Shown: positions 1 to 9,552, numbered from the stretch's first letter. The stretch is 64,000 nucleotides of DNA from Candidatus Puniceispirillaceae bacterium (GCA_049890115.1 JBMHCC010000002.1:4789-68788), one strand, 5' to 3'. Notes: generated by a model from the sequence alone, not told the origin. Made by a program: numbers and translations.

Positions 1-2
1 CC

Positions 3-2645
3 GTGGTGGTCGGCGGGATTTGGCAGACCTTTACATTTATTAACTCGTCTATCAATACAAATATCTCACGAACTGCTGAATTAGAGCAATCTGAAACCTA
101 TCTGAATTATATTTCTACTTTATCAGGGCGTGCTGTGTCATCTGATACAAATGGAGATGGTTCTTGTGTATCCTTTGTGAATGAATCACCATCTGGTGAA
201 GCAACGACAACAAAGTTTAAATTGGTGCTGCCTGATAATGCGCCATCTGACTATCTGCGTGCGACAGGTTGGGTGTCTAATAATCCGTCATCTAGCTGTG
301 ATGATAACCCAGCAGAGCCAATTTGGCGTGCTTTATCTGACAAAGGTGCATTATCACTTAGTCCGTCGTCTCTTCATTCGCTTGATCTGAATGCTATTTT
401 TAAAGCTGATACCGCAGCTGTTACTGGATTTGATTATGAATTTGATACCCTTATTAGTCAGAAACTCTATAAGGGCGCACGTGCCGCACTTGGCACAGAT
501 AGTTTCGAAGGGCCATCAGGCGCTGGTTCATTTACCGTAGATTTCTGGTTGCAAAACCCCTTTGGCACGGACTTTACCGCTGGCCCACCACTTAATTCTG
601 TTCCAATGGAAGATAATACCACAATTTTGGCCTTTGGTGACCCTGTTGATAAGGCAAAGCAGGTTGTGATTGGCTTTGAGGATAGAAAGCTGGTGTTGCG
701 GCGTGGTTCTGGTTCGCGCAAGCATAGTACAGCCAAGCCCTATGGGGAATTTACCAGTGCAACAATTAAAGATGTGAATTTGTTTTGGAATCATATTGCG
801 ATTGTCTGGAATGGTGCTGATAATAGCTCTGCCTTTTATTTTAATGGCCTGAATATTGATAATACTACCACTACGATAGATAGCGGGCCAAATGGTTGGC
901 TTCATTATGATTTGCCAATTACCTCACATCTTTATCTAGGGTCTTATGACCAATTTGATATCTCAACAACAACTCAGCGTTCACAAGCGCGCATTGATGA
1001 GCTTCGGATTTGGCGCGATGCATTAAACGCCACTCAGATCAAGAATATCAGACGTCGTGAAAGCTTGGTTGATGAGCCAGGATTGATAGGCTATTGGCGG
1101 TTTGAACAAAATGCTGATCCAGTGGCGCTGAGTGACAATACGACCGATCTTAAAGATTGGACAGCCAATAGCAATCACCTGCGTTATTTCACAACAACAG
1201 ATAATGTCACCTATACACAAGCCACTCTGCCAATTATTCATAGCAAAAGCCGCGCGCCAATCGCTGCTACTCCTTTCAAAAAGGCTGGCAGTAATGATGC
1301 GCTGTCATTGGAAATGCAATTTGTCGTGACAAATGCCTTTGGGGAACAAAAACGCCAATCAACCTTGTCAAAGCGCGTGCCTGTGGCACGTTTTGCGCCT
1401 GTTGGTCTGGTTGCGCTGGAAGATAATTCATCAGTAGAGGTGCAAATTGAAATTATCGGCTCTCATGATGATATTACGCTAGAATTTGACGCCTTATTTG
1501 ACCCATCTGTGAAACCACAGGCCAATGCTTGTGATCTGTATGACACAGTTGATCCCAATAATTGTAACTTTACCGCATCAGCGTTTCGCATTCAGCTAGA
1601 TCAACCATGTCAGGTTGCTGATAATGAGACGCTTGCCACATGTACCATTAATTCCAACGATATTACCTTACAGGAAGGCATCGCGTTCTCCTCTATTGAA
1701 TTGCGCAATTTCGGTCAGGATTCTGGTGATTACCAAACAGTCCCTGGTGATAAGATTACTATGCAGATTTATGAGACCTGTACCTTTGGAATGAATGATG
1801 ATGGCACAACAGCGATGTTGATTGATACAGGCTATATGCAAGGTGATAATTTCATCAATCAGCGTTCTTATGTGACCTATTCTTTTGAAGCTGCAACAGC
1901 ATCTGAAAATATTGAATATTTATTCGGAACACCGCGTTCTGGTGATTATGATGAACCGCAATTATGGAGTGGTAAAAGAGATGTTGTCAGAGGGTCACCT
2001 GATTTAGGTGCCTTCACCAAACGTCGCCATATTTCGCCATTTTTATTCCGCACCACAAATGATAATTACAGCTTTGTGATGGGCTTTGATAAACCCTATA
2101 GGCAGTGGGATGATGGTGATGATTTATGGAATAATCATTTCACACCACGCTATCAATTCACTGTTACTGATACAGATGATGATAATGAATGTAGCTCTAT
2201 TGGATTGTCAGAAATTGCAATGTGCGCTGCCATCGAAGATAATAGCACAGTGAAAGTCTGTAATGATGGGCCAACTAGCAATGTCTATTGCTTTGTTGAA
2301 TTCCAGATTTCCAATATGCCAACAAATGCAGATGCCTTTGTGAAATTGGATGAGACCAATGAATATCAAAAGCCACAATCCACACTAGAAGATTTTGTTG
2401 GTGTTAATCGCTGGGGCGGTGGTGCCACAGATGGGTTTGTTGTGAATTTAGAGGCGCAAGATTTACGAAATTATGCCGACACACTTGGTGACCCGCTCAT
2501 GCAGGTGAAATTACGTGCTGGTATGGATTATTGGTATCTAATGACAACACCTGATAATGCCTCTGCCGGTAAAACTGTGAAATTACGCACTGGTGAGACT
2601 GATACGGTTCGCTATCGGCTATCAACTTCCAAAGTCTGCCCTTGA
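3..2645 (+). CDS. Large secreted/surface protein, C-terminal 880 aa (5' end lies outside the window), with a LamG/concanavalin-A-like (Laminin_G_3-type) domain
   Basis: The ORF is open from the window edge. Residues ~165-345 carry LamG_3 hallmarks (FTVDFWL, NHIAIVWNG, LYLGS, IDELRIWRDAL). A second LamG-start-like motif (LIGYWRFEQN) follows. The C-terminal ~500 aa are acidic and Cys-rich, with no family I recognise. Confidence 0.75.
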   Translation: MVVGGIWQTFTFINSSINTNISRTAELEQSETYLNYISTLSGRAVSSDTNGDGSCVSFVNESPSGEATTTKFKLVLPDNAPSDYLRATGWVSNNPSSSCDDNPAEPIWRALSDKGALSLSPSSLHSLDLNAIFKADTAAVTGFDYEFDTLISQKLYKGARAALGTDSFEGPSGAGSFTVDFWLQNPFGTDFTAGPPLNSVPMEDNTTILAFGDPVDKAKQVVIGFEDRKLVLRRGSGSRKHSTAKPYGEFTSATIKDVNLFWNHIAIVWNGADNSSAFYFNGLNIDNTTTTIDSGPNGWLHYDLPITSHLYLGSYDQFDISTTTQRSQARIDELRIWRDALNATQIKNIRRRESLVDEPGLIGYWRFEQNADPVALSDNTTDLKDWTANSNHLRYFTTTDNVTYTQATLPIIHSKSRAPIAATPFKKAGSNDALSLEMQFVVTNAFGEQKRQSTLSKRVPVARFAPVGLVALEDNSSVEVQIEIIGSHDDITLEFDALFDPSVKPQANACDLYDTVDPNNCNFTASAFRIQLDQPCQVADNETLATCTINSNDITLQEGIAFSSIELRNFGQDSGDYQTVPGDKITMQIYETCTFGMNDDGTTAMLIDTGYMQGDNFINQRSYVTYSFEAATASENIEYLFGTPRSGDYDEPQLWSGKRDVVRGSPDLGAFTKRRHISPFLFRTTNDNYSFVMGFDKPYRQWDDGDDLWNNHFTPRYQFTVTDTDDDNECSSIGLSEIAMCAAIEDNSTVKVCNDGPTSNVYCFVEFQISNMPTNADAFVKLDETNEYQKPQSTLEDFVGVNRWGGGATDGFVVNLEAQDLRNYADTLGDPLMQVKLRAGMDYWYLMTTPDNASAGKTVKLRTGETDTVRYRLSTSKVCP

Positions 2646-2716
2646 TTTTTGTTGGCTAATATGGCCAATAGGGGCACAAGCTAATCAAGTGCTGCTGAAT
2701 AAAAGGAAGACAGGCT

Positions 2717-3247
2717 ATGAATATTGAAAAACTTGCTGTTGGCAAAAACCCACCAGAAGATGTGAATGTTATCATTGAAATTCCAGCTGGCTCATCACCA
2801 GTGAAATATGAAGTTGATAAGGATTCTGGTGCATTATTGGTTGACCGTTTTGTTCATACAGCGATGCATTATCCTGTCAATTATGGTTTTGTCCCTCATA
2901 CGCTTTCAGATGATGGTGACCCGATTGATGCTTGTGTTTTAACGCCAATGCCTGTTGTTCATGGTTCAGTGATTGCAGCGCGCCCTATTGGTGTTTTGAT
3001 GATGGAAGATGAATCAGGGCTTGATGAAAAGCTGCTTTGCGTGCCTGTTGATAAATTGCATCCGCTTTATAAGGATGTGAAAGAAGCCACAGATTTGCAG
3101 CCTGTTATCTTAGAGCAGATTGGTCATTTCTTTGAACATTACAAAGATTTGGAAAAAGGTAAATGGGTCAAAGTGCAAGGCTGGGAAGGCTCAGCCAAAG
3201 CAGCTGAGATGATCACACAAGCTATTGCCAGAGCGGCTGCGAAATAA
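2717..3247 (+). CDS. ppa: Inorganic pyrophosphatase (family I)
   Basis: 176 aa with typical soluble PPase motifs (IEIPAGSxxKYE, DGDPIDACVL, KDLEKGKWVKV). AAGGAAG RBS upstream. Confidence 0.95.
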   Translation: MNIEKLAVGKNPPEDVNVIIEIPAGSSPVKYEVDKDSGALLVDRFVHTAMHYPVNYGFVPHTLSDDGDPIDACVLTPMPVVHGSVIAARPIGVLMMEDESGLDEKLLCVPVDKLHPLYKDVKEATDLQPVILEQIGHFFEHYKDLEKGKWVKVQGWEGSAKAAEMITQAIARAAAK

Positions 3248-3268
3248 CAGGGCGCTTTAAAGCTCTTT

Positions 3269-3478
3269 TTAATATTTTGAATATTTGTGGGTGCGGGGTG
3301 AAAGCCCCCACCCACTTTTTGTTGCGGCTATGGAAATCATCGGCCGCAACTTATCTTGTGGGATGCGCTTTAAATAGCCAGATTTATCCTGCGCCAGAAT
3401 ATCATCAATACTGATATTATGATCGCGCCCCTCATCTCGTAATGCGCTGAAGATCATCATAATTCTCTTTAGGCTCAT
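3269..3478 (-). CDS. Hypothetical small protein (69 aa), doubtful
   Basis: GAGGT sits 8 nt upstream of the ATG. However, the 3' end of the ORF reads through the ppa terminator hairpin, and I recognise no family. Confidence 0.25.
   Translation of the reverse strand: MSLKRIMMIFSALRDEGRDHNISIDDILAQDKSGYLKRIPQDKLRPMISIAATKSGWGLSPRTHKYSKY
3287..3320 (+). terminator. Rho-independent terminator of ppa
   Basis: GTGGGTG(C)GGGG-TGAAAG-CCCCCACCCAC forms an 11-bp GC-rich stem with one bulge, followed directly by TTTTT. It lies 40 nt after the ppa stop. Confidence 0.85.
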
Positions 3479-3619
3479 CTCATGCTACCTCACAGCTGAA
3501 ATCACCGCTTTTATAAGCTGATTATATGATAATCATAAGGCGGTTTTTGCCTAGGAAAATTTTCTTTGCCAAAAGATGACAATCTTTATGAATGCAGTTA
3601 TAAGGAAATGGTCTGACAT

Positions 3620-3828
3620 CGTCTGTTGGGAGAGAGCATAGCCATAAGGCTGTGCCGCCGAAGGAGCAAAGCCTCAGGAATCTCTCAGGCAAAAGAACCA
3701 CAGAGGATAGACATTCTGGAGAGTGGCTGGCAGTCCAGCCCACCGACGGGGATAGTTTTAATAGAGCATCAGCTAGCTTGTCTGATGTGCTGATAAAACA
3801 AAACTCTCAGGTCCCATGACAGATGAGG
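3620..3828 (+). promoter_or_regulatory. Tandem glycine riboswitch (two aptamers) in the 5' leader of the DadA-like gene
   Basis: Aptamer 1 reads GGGAGAG..GCAUAGCC-AUAA-GGCUGUGC..CGCCGAAGGAGCAA..CUCUCAGGCAAAAGAACCACAGA. Aptamer 2 reads CUGGAGAG-UGGCUGG-CAGU-CCAGCC-CACCGACGGGGAUA..CUCUCAGGUCCCAUGACAGAUG. These match the conserved GGAGAG / CCGAAGG(A/G)GCAA / CUCAGGCAAAAGGAC cores of glycine aptamers. P1 pairings TCTGT/ACAGA and CAT(T)CTG/CAGATG are visible. Confidence 0.85.
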
Positions 3829-3903
3829 CAAAATGAATCGTTTCGCTATGACAGAGATACACACATCTGTCTGGCGTCTCATTTTTGTCAAAGGGATTAA
3901 AAG

Positions 3904-5133
3904 ATGAAGCATATTGCCATTATCGGTGCTGGAATTACCGGCATGTCAACTGCCTTTGAATTAACCCAGCGTGGCTATCAGGTTTCAGTTTATGACAAGC
4001 ATCGTTATGCAGCGATGGAAACATCCTTTGCCAATGGCGGCCAGTTATCAGCTTCTAATGCTGAGGTTTGGACCAGATGGCAGACGATTTTCAAAGGCAT
4101 GAAATGGATGCTGAAATCTGATGCGCCTTTATTGGTCAATCCAACGCCATCTTTGCATAAATATGGCTGGATGCTGGAATTTATGTCTCAGATCCCCAAT
4201 TATGAAAACAACACCATAAAGACAGCTGAAATGGCAGTGCGTTCACGTGATTTTATGACCGAGATGGCAGAAAAAGCATCGATTGAATTTCACCGTGTCA
4301 ATCAGGGGATTTTGCATTTCTATCAAGATGAAGCAGAATTTGAACATGCCCATAATGTCACAAAACTACTGAAAAAAGGTGGTTTGGAACGCCGCCGCCT
4401 GAGCGCTGAAGAAGTGGTCGAAATTGAACCTCATATCAAATCAAAAATTATTGGTGGGTATTATACTGAGTCTGATTTTACAGGTGATATTCATAAATTC
4501 TCAACTGGGCTTGCCAAAGCTTGCGAAAAAGCAGGTGTGATCTTCCACTGGAATCATGAGGTCACAGATATCATGCCGCAAAATGGCAATCCAGTTATCA
4601 AAGCTAAAATAGATGATGATGGCGAGCTATCAGACCGCAGCTATGATGGGGTGGTGATTTGCGCTGGTGTTTATAGCCGCTTTCTGGCCAAGCAAGCAGG
4701 AGATCGTGTTAATATTTATCCTGTGAAAGGCTATTCCATTACCGTTCATCTTGATGATGATGATAGCCGCAATGCCGCACCATGGGTCAGTTTGCTTGAT
4801 GACAGAGCGAAGATTGTGACCTCACGCCTTGGCGAAGATCGGTTTCGTGTTGCAGGCACAGCTGAATTTAACGGCTATAATTATAATATCAGAGCTGACA
4901 GAATTGCCCCATTGACCAAATGGGTTGAAACGCATTTTCCTGGTGTGAACACAGAATATGTGACGCCTTGGGCAGGGTTGCGCCCGATGATGCCAAATAT
5001 GATGCCGCGCATTGGTCGTGGTAGAAACAAGGGTATTTTCTATAATACAGGTCATGGTCATCTTGGCTGGACACTCTCTTGTGCCTCTGCCCATATGATA
5101 AGTGATGTGATTACTGCATCTGACAATCAGTAA
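3904..5133 (+). CDS. FAD-dependent amino-acid dehydrogenase/oxidase, DadA-like (DAO family)
   Basis: 409 aa. N-terminal dinucleotide fold IAIIGAGITGMSTAFEL..V.VYD, then ETSFANGGQLS as in the D-amino-acid dehydrogenase small subunit. C-terminal GHGHLGWT motif. AAGGGA RBS. Confidence 0.85.
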   Translation: MKHIAIIGAGITGMSTAFELTQRGYQVSVYDKHRYAAMETSFANGGQLSASNAEVWTRWQTIFKGMKWMLKSDAPLLVNPTPSLHKYGWMLEFMSQIPNYENNTIKTAEMAVRSRDFMTEMAEKASIEFHRVNQGILHFYQDEAEFEHAHNVTKLLKKGGLERRRLSAEEVVEIEPHIKSKIIGGYYTESDFTGDIHKFSTGLAKACEKAGVIFHWNHEVTDIMPQNGNPVIKAKIDDDGELSDRSYDGVVICAGVYSRFLAKQAGDRVNIYPVKGYSITVHLDDDDSRNAAPWVSLLDDRAKIVTSRLGEDRFRVAGTAEFNGYNYNIRADRIAPLTKWVETHFPGVNTEYVTPWAGLRPMMPNMMPRIGRGRNKGIFYNTGHGHLGWTLSCASAHMISDVITASDNQ

Positions 5134-5258
5134 TTCCATTCGCAGTAACGCAATTTTAAGGGGCTGATAGGCGTCATTATCTTGCCCTTTGATGATGCTT
5201 TGGGGTACATCTTGACTGCTGATAGGCTAGCAAGTGAAACAAAAAAGAGGATAGGTTC

Positions 5259-6305
5259 ATGCAAAGGCTTACAATCACACGACCTGATGACTGGCATTTG
5301 CATTTGCGTGATGGCGATATGCTAAGGGCGGTGCTGCCCTATAGTGCGCGTGATTTTGGCAGGGCAATTATCATGCCGAATTTGGTGCCACCTGTTGTGA
5401 CTGTCAAAGATGCCGAAGCCTATCGTGAGCGCATAGTAAAAGCGTTGCCAGAGGGGGCTGATTTCACGCCGTTAATGGTGTTGTATTTAACAGAACAGAC
5501 AGACCCAGCTGATGTTAAAGCAGGCATTGAATCTGGCCTTATCAGTGCTGTTAAACTTTATCCAGCAGGTGCGACAACCAATTCAGCCTCTGGCGTGCGT
5601 TCCATGACAAAAGTGATGCCTGTCCTAGAGATGATGGCAGATGCTGGCTTGCCGCTTTGTGTGCATGGTGAGGTCACTGATCCAGAGATTGATATTTTTG
5701 ACAGAGAAGCTGTCTTTATTGATAAAGTGCTAGACCCGCTTGGACGTAGCTTGCCTGAATTGCGTGTTGTGTTTGAACATATCACAACCAAGCAGGCAGT
5801 TAGCTATGTGAGCGGTGCCAGCCGTGCTTTGGCTGCAACCATTACCACACATCATCTGATGATTAATCGTAATGCCTATCTGGCTGGCGGGATTAAGCCG
5901 CATTATTATTGTCTGCCTGTTGCCAAAAGAGAGACTCATCGCAAAGCGTTGGTCGAGGCAGCGATTTCAGGTGATCCTCGTTTTTTCCTTGGCACTGATT
6001 CAGCCCCTCATACTGATCCTGCAAAATTACAACCTTGTGGCTGTGCTGGTATTTTCACAAGCCCAAATACAATGGCTTGTCTTGCCCAGGTTTTCGAAGA
6101 TGAAGATGCGCTTGATAAATTAGAAGGTTTTGCCAGCTTGCATGGTCCAGCTTTTTATAAAATGCCAGCCAATCAGGGGCAGATGATATTGGAACGCCAT
6201 GATAAGCCTGTCAGTTTTGAAGATGCTGTTCCTACGCCAGAAGGGCCTGTGACTATTTTTGACCCGCAACGACCAATTTACTGGGATGTGGTGCGCACAA
6301 GCTAA
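5259..6305 (+). CDS. pyrC: Dihydroorotase (class II, E. coli type)
   Basis: 348 aa. N-terminal [11 protein letters not shown] and downstream [13 protein letters not shown] and DSAPH motifs are typical of PyrC. Confidence 0.92.
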   Translation: MQRLTITRPDDWHLHLRDGDMLRAVLPYSARDFGRAIIMPNLVPPVVTVKDAEAYRERIVKALPEGADFTPLMVLYLTEQTDPADVKAGIESGLISAVKLYPAGATTNSASGVRSMTKVMPVLEMMADAGLPLCVHGEVTDPEIDIFDREAVFIDKVLDPLGRSLPELRVVFEHITTKQAVSYVSGASRALAATITTHHLMINRNAYLAGGIKPHYYCLPVAKRETHRKALVEAAISGDPRFFLGTDSAPHTDPAKLQPCGCAGIFTSPNTMACLAQVFEDEDALDKLEGFASLHGPAFYKMPANQGQMILERHDKPVSFEDAVPTPEGPVTIFDPQRPIYWDVVRTS

Positions 6306-6432
6306 TAGCCATATTTATGACAAAAAAAGTGGTGCAATATACAGAATCACTTTACAGTTTTAAAAATGATGATGTTGGTATAGATGGTCTGATTTGAATA
6401 TCGCACCTATCCAAATAAGGGAGGAACCAATC

Positions 6433-7530
6433 ATGAAAAAAGCTTTTGTTACAGGCGCATCTTTAGGCGCTCTTGTTGCATTCAGTGTTGCGCCTGCTTT
6501 GGCTGAAGGTGAGCTGAATGTCTATAACTGGTCTGATTATATTGCTGAAGACACGATTGCGAATTTTGAAGCCGAAACAGGCATCAAGGTAGTGTATGAT
6601 GTATATGATTCTAACGAAGTATTAGAAGCAAAAATGCTGGCAGGTTCATCAGGCTATGATCTGGTTGTGCCAACAGCTGATTTCCTAGCACGCGGTTTTG
6701 AATCAGGTGCCTATCAGAAACTTGATACATCACGTCTGGCTAATTTTGGCAACCAAAGTGATGATATTCAAGGACAGGCAAATTCCGTTCTTGGCAATGA
6801 TGATTCTGGCATTGTGTATATGTGGGGCACAACTGGTATTGCTTATAATGTTGATAAGGTTGCTGAACGCCTTGGTGATGATGCGCCAACAGATAGCTGG
6901 TCATTGATCCTTGATCCACAATATGCCTCAAAGCTAGCTGATTGTGGTGTCGCTATTTTGGATGCGCCGACAGATGTCTTACCAAATGTGATGGCCTATC
7001 TAGGCAAGGATGGCCGCTCGCAAGATGCTGGTGATATTCAGGCAGCTGGTGAGGTGTTAAATGCGGTGCGCCCGCACCTTCGCTATATCCACTCATCACA
7101 GTCAATCAATGATATTGCCAATGGTGATCTTTGTGCCGCTATCATGTGGTCAGGTGATGCTTTCCAGGCGGCCTATCGTGCTGAGGAAGCTGAAAATGGT
7201 AATGTGATTGATTATGTCATTCCAAAAGAAGGCACAAATTTATGGTTTGATATGATGGCTTTGCCGGTTGATGCGAAAAACATCGATAATGCCTATAAAT
7301 TCATCGATTATATGATGCGCCCTGATGTGGCCGCTAATAATGTGAATTATGTGTGGTATGCCAGCGGTAATGAAGCTGCAAACCCGCTAATTGAACCAGA
7401 AGTGCTAAGCCACCCAGGTATCTATCCAACTGATGAAGCAAAACAGAATCTGTTTGTTGTCCCAGTTTATGATGCCAAAACAGATCGTGTTGTTAACAGG
7501 GTATGGTCTCGCTTCTCAGCTGGCAATTAA
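6433..7530 (+). CDS. potF: Putrescine/polyamine ABC transporter periplasmic binding protein
   Basis: Signal peptide followed by LNVYNWSDYIAEDTIANFEAETGIKVVYDVYDSNEVLEAK, nearly collinear with PotF. I start it at ATG 6433 (GGGAGGA RBS) rather than the upstream TTG of the track. Confidence 0.9.
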   Translation: MKKAFVTGASLGALVAFSVAPALAEGELNVYNWSDYIAEDTIANFEAETGIKVVYDVYDSNEVLEAKMLAGSSGYDLVVPTADFLARGFESGAYQKLDTSRLANFGNQSDDIQGQANSVLGNDDSGIVYMWGTTGIAYNVDKVAERLGDDAPTDSWSLILDPQYASKLADCGVAILDAPTDVLPNVMAYLGKDGRSQDAGDIQAAGEVLNAVRPHLRYIHSSQSINDIANGDLCAAIMWSGDAFQAAYRAEEAENGNVIDYVIPKEGTNLWFDMMALPVDAKNIDNAYKFIDYMMRPDVAANNVNYVWYASGNEAANPLIEPEVLSHPGIYPTDEAKQNLFVVPVYDAKTDRVVNRVWSRFSAGN

Positions 7531-7554
7531 CGCTAGCAGGGGGGCATAAAAGGG

Positions 7555-8634
7555 ATGGCACCCTTTATTGAAATTACCGAAGTCACCAAGCGATTTGGTG
7601 ACTTCACCGCCGTTGATAAATTGAGCCTTTCAATCGAGAAAGGCGAATTATTCTGTCTGCTTGGTGGCTCTGGTTGTGGCAAGACAACCTTATTGCGCAT
7701 GATGGCAGGCCTTGAGGCACCTGATGCTGGTACCATTAGCATTGATGGTGTTGATATGGCGGCAGTTGGGCCAGCTGACAGGCCTGTTAATTATATGTTT
7801 CAGAATTATGCTCTATTCCCGCATATGAGCGTGGCAAATAATATCGGCTACGGGCTGCGTCGTGCCGGACTATCTGGTGCTGACTATGATAGCCGTGTGG
7901 CTGAGATGATACAGCTTGTCCGTTTGCAAGGTTTTGAGAAACGCAAACCTGACCAGCTTTCTGGTGGCCAAAAACAGCGTGTTGCACTAGCGCGTGCTTT
8001 GGCAAGACGACCAAAATTACTATTGCTTGATGAGCCTCTGGCAGCACTTGATCGCAAATTACGTGAAGATACACAATTTGAGCTTGTGACAATTCAAGAA
8101 CAGCTTGGCACCACTTTTGTGGTTGTCACTCATGACCAAGAAGAGGCGATGTCATTGGCAAGCACCATAGGTGTCATGGATAAGGGCAAGCTGATACAGA
8201 CAGGCGCTCCCAAAACACTTTATGAAGCGCCTCATAATAGGTTTATCGCTGATTTTCTGGGGTCTGTTAGCTTTTTAGATGCCACCATTACAACCGTGAA
8301 ACCAGATAATATAACTGCAGAATCTGAATGCCAGATTAGGGCTGTTCCACGTGATGGTTTTGGAGCAGGGGATAACATTACCATTGCCTTGCGACCTGAA
8401 AAAATAAATCTGACAAGAGGGACAGCATCAGGGGTAAATCAGCTTGATGTTGTGATTGAAGAGATTGCCTATCTTGGCTCTGTCACACATATCAGAGCGC
8501 GAAGTAAGGCTGGGACAATGCTGAAAATACTAATCTCAAATCGCCGCCGTGATGAGGCTGATTTCACCTGGGATGATAAAGCTGTTGCGTCATTTGATGC
8601 GCAAGATGCACGCATTCTACCACAAGGCATTTGA
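7555..8634 (+). CDS. potG: Polyamine ABC transporter ATP-binding protein
   Basis: Walker A GGSGCGKTT, signature LSGGQKQRVALARAL, Walker B LLLLDEP, and a C-terminal TOBE-like regulatory domain. Confidence 0.9.
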   Translation: MAPFIEITEVTKRFGDFTAVDKLSLSIEKGELFCLLGGSGCGKTTLLRMMAGLEAPDAGTISIDGVDMAAVGPADRPVNYMFQNYALFPHMSVANNIGYGLRRAGLSGADYDSRVAEMIQLVRLQGFEKRKPDQLSGGQKQRVALARALARRPKLLLLDEPLAALDRKLREDTQFELVTIQEQLGTTFVVVTHDQEEAMSLASTIGVMDKGKLIQTGAPKTLYEAPHNRFIADFLGSVSFLDATITTVKPDNITAESECQIRAVPRDGFGAGDNITIALRPEKINLTRGTASGVNQLDVVIEEIAYLGSVTHIRARSKAGTMLKILISNRRRDEADFTWDDKAVASFDAQDARILPQGI

Positions 8635-8643
8635 TAAAAAGCT

Positions 8644-9552
8644 ATGCAGACACTCATTACAAAATATGGCAAGAAGCTGATTATCGGACTGCCACTTTTG
8701 TGGTTGTCAGTGTTTTTCATGGTGCCTTTGGCAGAGATGGCACAGGTGTCATTTACCGAAGCACAGCGCGGTATCCCGCCATTTAAACCACTTTGGGGGT
8801 TTGATGATGATGGGTTTTTCAACAATTTCACCCTAGGCAATTATCAGCTGATTGCTGATTTCTATCAGGATTATTTGGGCCCTGCGTTAAATTCTGTACG
8901 TATTGCTTTTGTTTCCACTGTTATTTGCCTTCTCTTTGCCTATCCGATTGCCTATTGGATTGCTCGCTCTGATGATCATATCAGATTGCTGTTGCTGATT
9001 TTGGTTTTATTGCCATTTTGGACATCCAGCCTGCTTCGTATGTATGCTCTTATTGGCTTGCTTAATCCCAATGGTTTTATCAATTCAATTTTAATGTGGG
9101 CAGGGGTTATTGATGCGCCTATCGCCATGATGCAAACTGAATTTTCTGTTTATATGGGGATGTTGCTGACTTATCTGCCCCTCATGATTTTGCCGCTCTA
9201 TGCGACGTTAACGCGCCTTGATCATAGCCTTCATGAGGCAGCAGCTGATTTAGGCGCTAGTGCTGTTACGATTTTCCGCACGATTACGCTGCCCTTATCC
9301 TTGCCTGGTATTATCGCTGGTTGCCTGCTTGTTTTTATTCCAGCTGTTGGTGAATTCGTCATACCAGCTTTATTAGGCGGACCAGATCAGGTCATGCTTG
9401 GCAAAGTTTTGTGGACTGAATTTTTCCGCAATCGTGATTGGCCAGTAGCCGCAGCTGTGGCATTGATTTTGATGGTGATTGTGGCAGGCCCTATTATCTA
9501 TATGCGCTATGTCGATCAGCAAGGTGATGACAGCAAAACAGGGGCGGTATAA
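8644..9552 (+). CDS. potH: Polyamine ABC transporter permease
   Basis: 302 aa, 6-TM binding-protein-dependent permease with an EAAxDLGA loop (EAAADLGAS). Confidence 0.88.
   Translation: MQTLITKYGKKLIIGLPLLWLSVFFMVPLAEMAQVSFTEAQRGIPPFKPLWGFDDDGFFNNFTLGNYQLIADFYQDYLGPALNSVRIAFVSTVICLLFAYPIAYWIARSDDHIRLLLLILVLLPFWTSSLLRMYALIGLLNPNGFINSILMWAGVIDAPIAMMQTEFSVYMGMLLTYLPLMILPLYATLTRLDHSLHEAAADLGASAVTIFRTITLPLSLPGIIAGCLLVFIPAVGEFVIPALLGGPDQVMLGKVLWTEFFRNRDWPVAAAVALILMVIVAGPIIYMRYVDQQGDDSKTGAV

Noticed and set aside
2652-2668. TTGGC-N7-GCCAA hairpin after the LamG-protein stop as a terminator
   Set aside because: The stem is only 5 bp, and the T-run precedes rather than follows it on the coding strand.
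3519-3535. Perfect palindrome TGATTAT-ATG-ATAATCA upstream of the riboswitch
   Set aside because: 7-bp AT-only arms in a 650-bp AT-rich spacer are expected by chance. It may be an operator or a -10-like region, but I cannot support that.
3522-3743. 73-aa minus-strand ORF in the ppa/dadA-like spacer
   Set aside because: It lies antisense across aptamer 1 of the glycine riboswitch. Its Cys/Leu/Ser-rich translation looks like a by-product of the structured GC-rich RNA element. It has no RBS.
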